Below are positions 62,614 to 64,000 of a stretch of DNA of 64,000 nt, in pieces. Under the pieces are notes generated by a model that did no database searches, had not been told where the DNA came from, and saw only the letters and a program-made list of their open reading frames with translations. Every line of letters starts with the position of its first letter. The first letter of the stretch is position 1. This stretch comes from Candidatus Krumholzibacteriia bacterium (GTDB lineage: Bacteria; Krumholzibacteriota; Krumholzibacteriia; Krumholzibacteriales; Krumholzibacteriaceae). The translations under genes and the position numbers were made by a program. The stretch lies in assembly GCA_963836185.1 (NCBI GenBank), contig CAWIIQ010000001.1:672001-736000 (forward strand), read 5' to 3'.

Positions 62614-63393
62614 GTGGTAAGGAGACTGATTCTCGCAATCGTAGTTTTCTTTTTACTGCCGGGCCCCGCATTCTCCGCGTCTCTGTTTCTATCCCCTGTA
62701 ACACAGACGATCGATGAGCCATGCGTGGTCCATGTCAGTGCCGATCTTCTCCTGTCCGTATCGGGAATCGATCTCGAGATAGGATGGGACGGGGACATTG
62801 TCGAATGCACATCGGTACGCACCGCGGCCGGCTCTCCAGTATTCCAGCTCTTCAGGCTCAGGATCGACAATGCGACAGGCCGTCTCGATGCGATGCTCTT
62901 ACGCCTGTCAAAAGAAGGCTTCACCGGATCGGTCGATTCACTTCTCGTGCTTACCTTCGAACCTGTATCGGATGGGACTTCCCAGCTGAATATCTCAGAG
63001 ACCCTGCTGAACGGAGATCCGGTAGTCGTCGATGAGCTGAACAACAGTATCGATATCGAAACATCTCAGGCAGAGATCGTCGTTGACATGGATGGTCCGG
63101 CGCCCCCGATCACGGCCGTACGGCTCCAGCAGAACTACCCCAATCCCTTCAATCCGGAGACTATGGTCAGGTTTGAACTTCCGTCATCCTCGACTGTTTA
63201 CATCCGGATATTCGATGCGGGCGGCAAACTCATCCGCACACTCATTAATGGCGTTGAATATTCCGCGGGAAGCTGGGAGGAAGAGTGGGACGGAAGGAAC
63301 AAGGCCGGTGATCTCGTTCAGAGCGGTATCTACTTCTGTGTGCTGGACGCGGCCGGCAAGACCGACAGCAGGAAGATGGTGGTGCTGCGATGA
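62614..63393 (+). CDS. Secreted cohesin-like + FlgD-Ig/T9SS-like tail protein
   Basis: Signal peptide, GIDLEIGWD, LLVLTFE..GTSQLNI, QNYPNPFNP...SGIYF...KMVVLR. Confidence 0.7.
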   Translation: MVRRLILAIVVFFLLPGPAFSASLFLSPVTQTIDEPCVVHVSADLLLSVSGIDLEIGWDGDIVECTSVRTAAGSPVFQLFRLRIDNATGRLDAMLLRLSKEGFTGSVDSLLVLTFEPVSDGTSQLNISETLLNGDPVVVDELNNSIDIETSQAEIVVDMDGPAPPITAVRLQQNYPNPFNPETMVRFELPSSSTVYIRIFDAGGKLIRTLINGVEYSAGSWEEEWDGRNKAGDLVQSGIYFCVLDAAGKTDSRKMVVLR

Positions 63394-64000
63394 GGCGCGT
63401 ACCGGCATGTATACATGTTGCAGCCCTGCTGCTGGCACTTATGGTGGTTGTGCCGGCTGCTTCGCAGGCATATTCGATCTACGGCAGGATAACGGTAACA
63501 GGCCGCGCGGACCAGGGCGGAGTGACTGTATGGGTGGACTCGCTGCACGTCACGCAGACTTCCTCAGCGTTGACCTACCAGATAGAGGGATTGGAAGACG
63601 GCACATATACTGTTCATGCGTGGTCCGAAGACTGCCTTGCGCGGATCATAGGGACATGCACCATATCGGGCCAGGACGTGGTCGACATGGACGGGGAACT
63701 TTTCGCTGGAGACCTGTTAGCCGACGGACGGATCAACCTGCATGATTCCAGGGTCCTTCTCGACCACTATTTGGAGACTCCCGACAGCAGCGGATGGGAC
63801 GACAGGTTTGATGTCATCATTGATGATATCATAGATTCTCACGATATCGATCTGATTGCTTCACACTGGAGGGAGTCAGCCGATTCAGAACTGCCGGTAT
63901 GGTCCCTCGAGGTCGTGGAGCCCGGTGCGGCAACGATATGGGATGCCGGTCAGACCGGCCTGCCGATCCGCTGGATCACAGGAAACCTCGGCGGCATGGT
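63390..64000 (+). CDS. Secreted protein with dockerin-like domain (3'-partial; not in ORF track)
   Basis: Open frame from ATG 63390 to the window end: signal peptide, Ig-like segment, GDLLADGRINLHD...FDVIIDDIIDSHDIDLIASHW. Confidence 0.7.
   Translation, partial: MRRVPACIHVAALLLALMVVVPAASQAYSIYGRITVTGRADQGGVTVWVDSLHVTQTSSALTYQIEGLEDGTYTVHAWSEDCLARIIGTCTISGQDVVDMDGELFAGDLLADGRINLHDSRVLLDHYLETPDSSGWDDRFDVIIDDIIDSHDIDLIASHWRESADSELPVWSLEVVEPGAATIWDAGQTGLPIRWITGNLGGM

Overview
GC-rich bacterial chromosomal window with no phage, IS, CRISPR or rRNA signal. Secreted proteins ending in an NYPNPFN FlgD-Ig/T9SS-like tail, an S46 peptidase and a MoxR-Bat cluster suggest an FCB-superphylum anaerobe; Krumholzibacteriota/Latescibacterota-like is inference only. 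From left to right: yjbQ, pepD, then an atypical tRNA-Trp(CCA) directly ahead of a translationally coupled trpS-tryptophanase pair, and an orphan GAF-PAS kinase. Next is a cheR-MCP-cheW-cheD-cheB-cheA-cheC-cheY-TPR-DUF4388 operon with a sigma54-type promoter, bracketed by two PhzF paralogues. Then a UGA/SECIS selenoprotein peroxiredoxin (prxU), aromatic amino acid decarboxylase, pirin, a Tat-exported reductive dehalogenase with membrane anchor (rdhAB), peptidases, STAS and SpoIIE genes, kynureninase, a large papain-like surface protein, the MoxR/DUF58/BatA-E cluster, pepC, bcp, a GTDC1/QTMAN-like glycosyltransferase and an adjacent cohesin-like/dockerin-like pair. Many genes beyond 22 kb carry single-base frameshifts that look like long-read errors. 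Best candidates for undescribed biology: the tRNA-Trp-like terminator/leader of trpS-tnaA, the PhzF-flanked chemosensory module, and rdhAB in this lineage. All calls come from motif recognition by eye; no searches were run.
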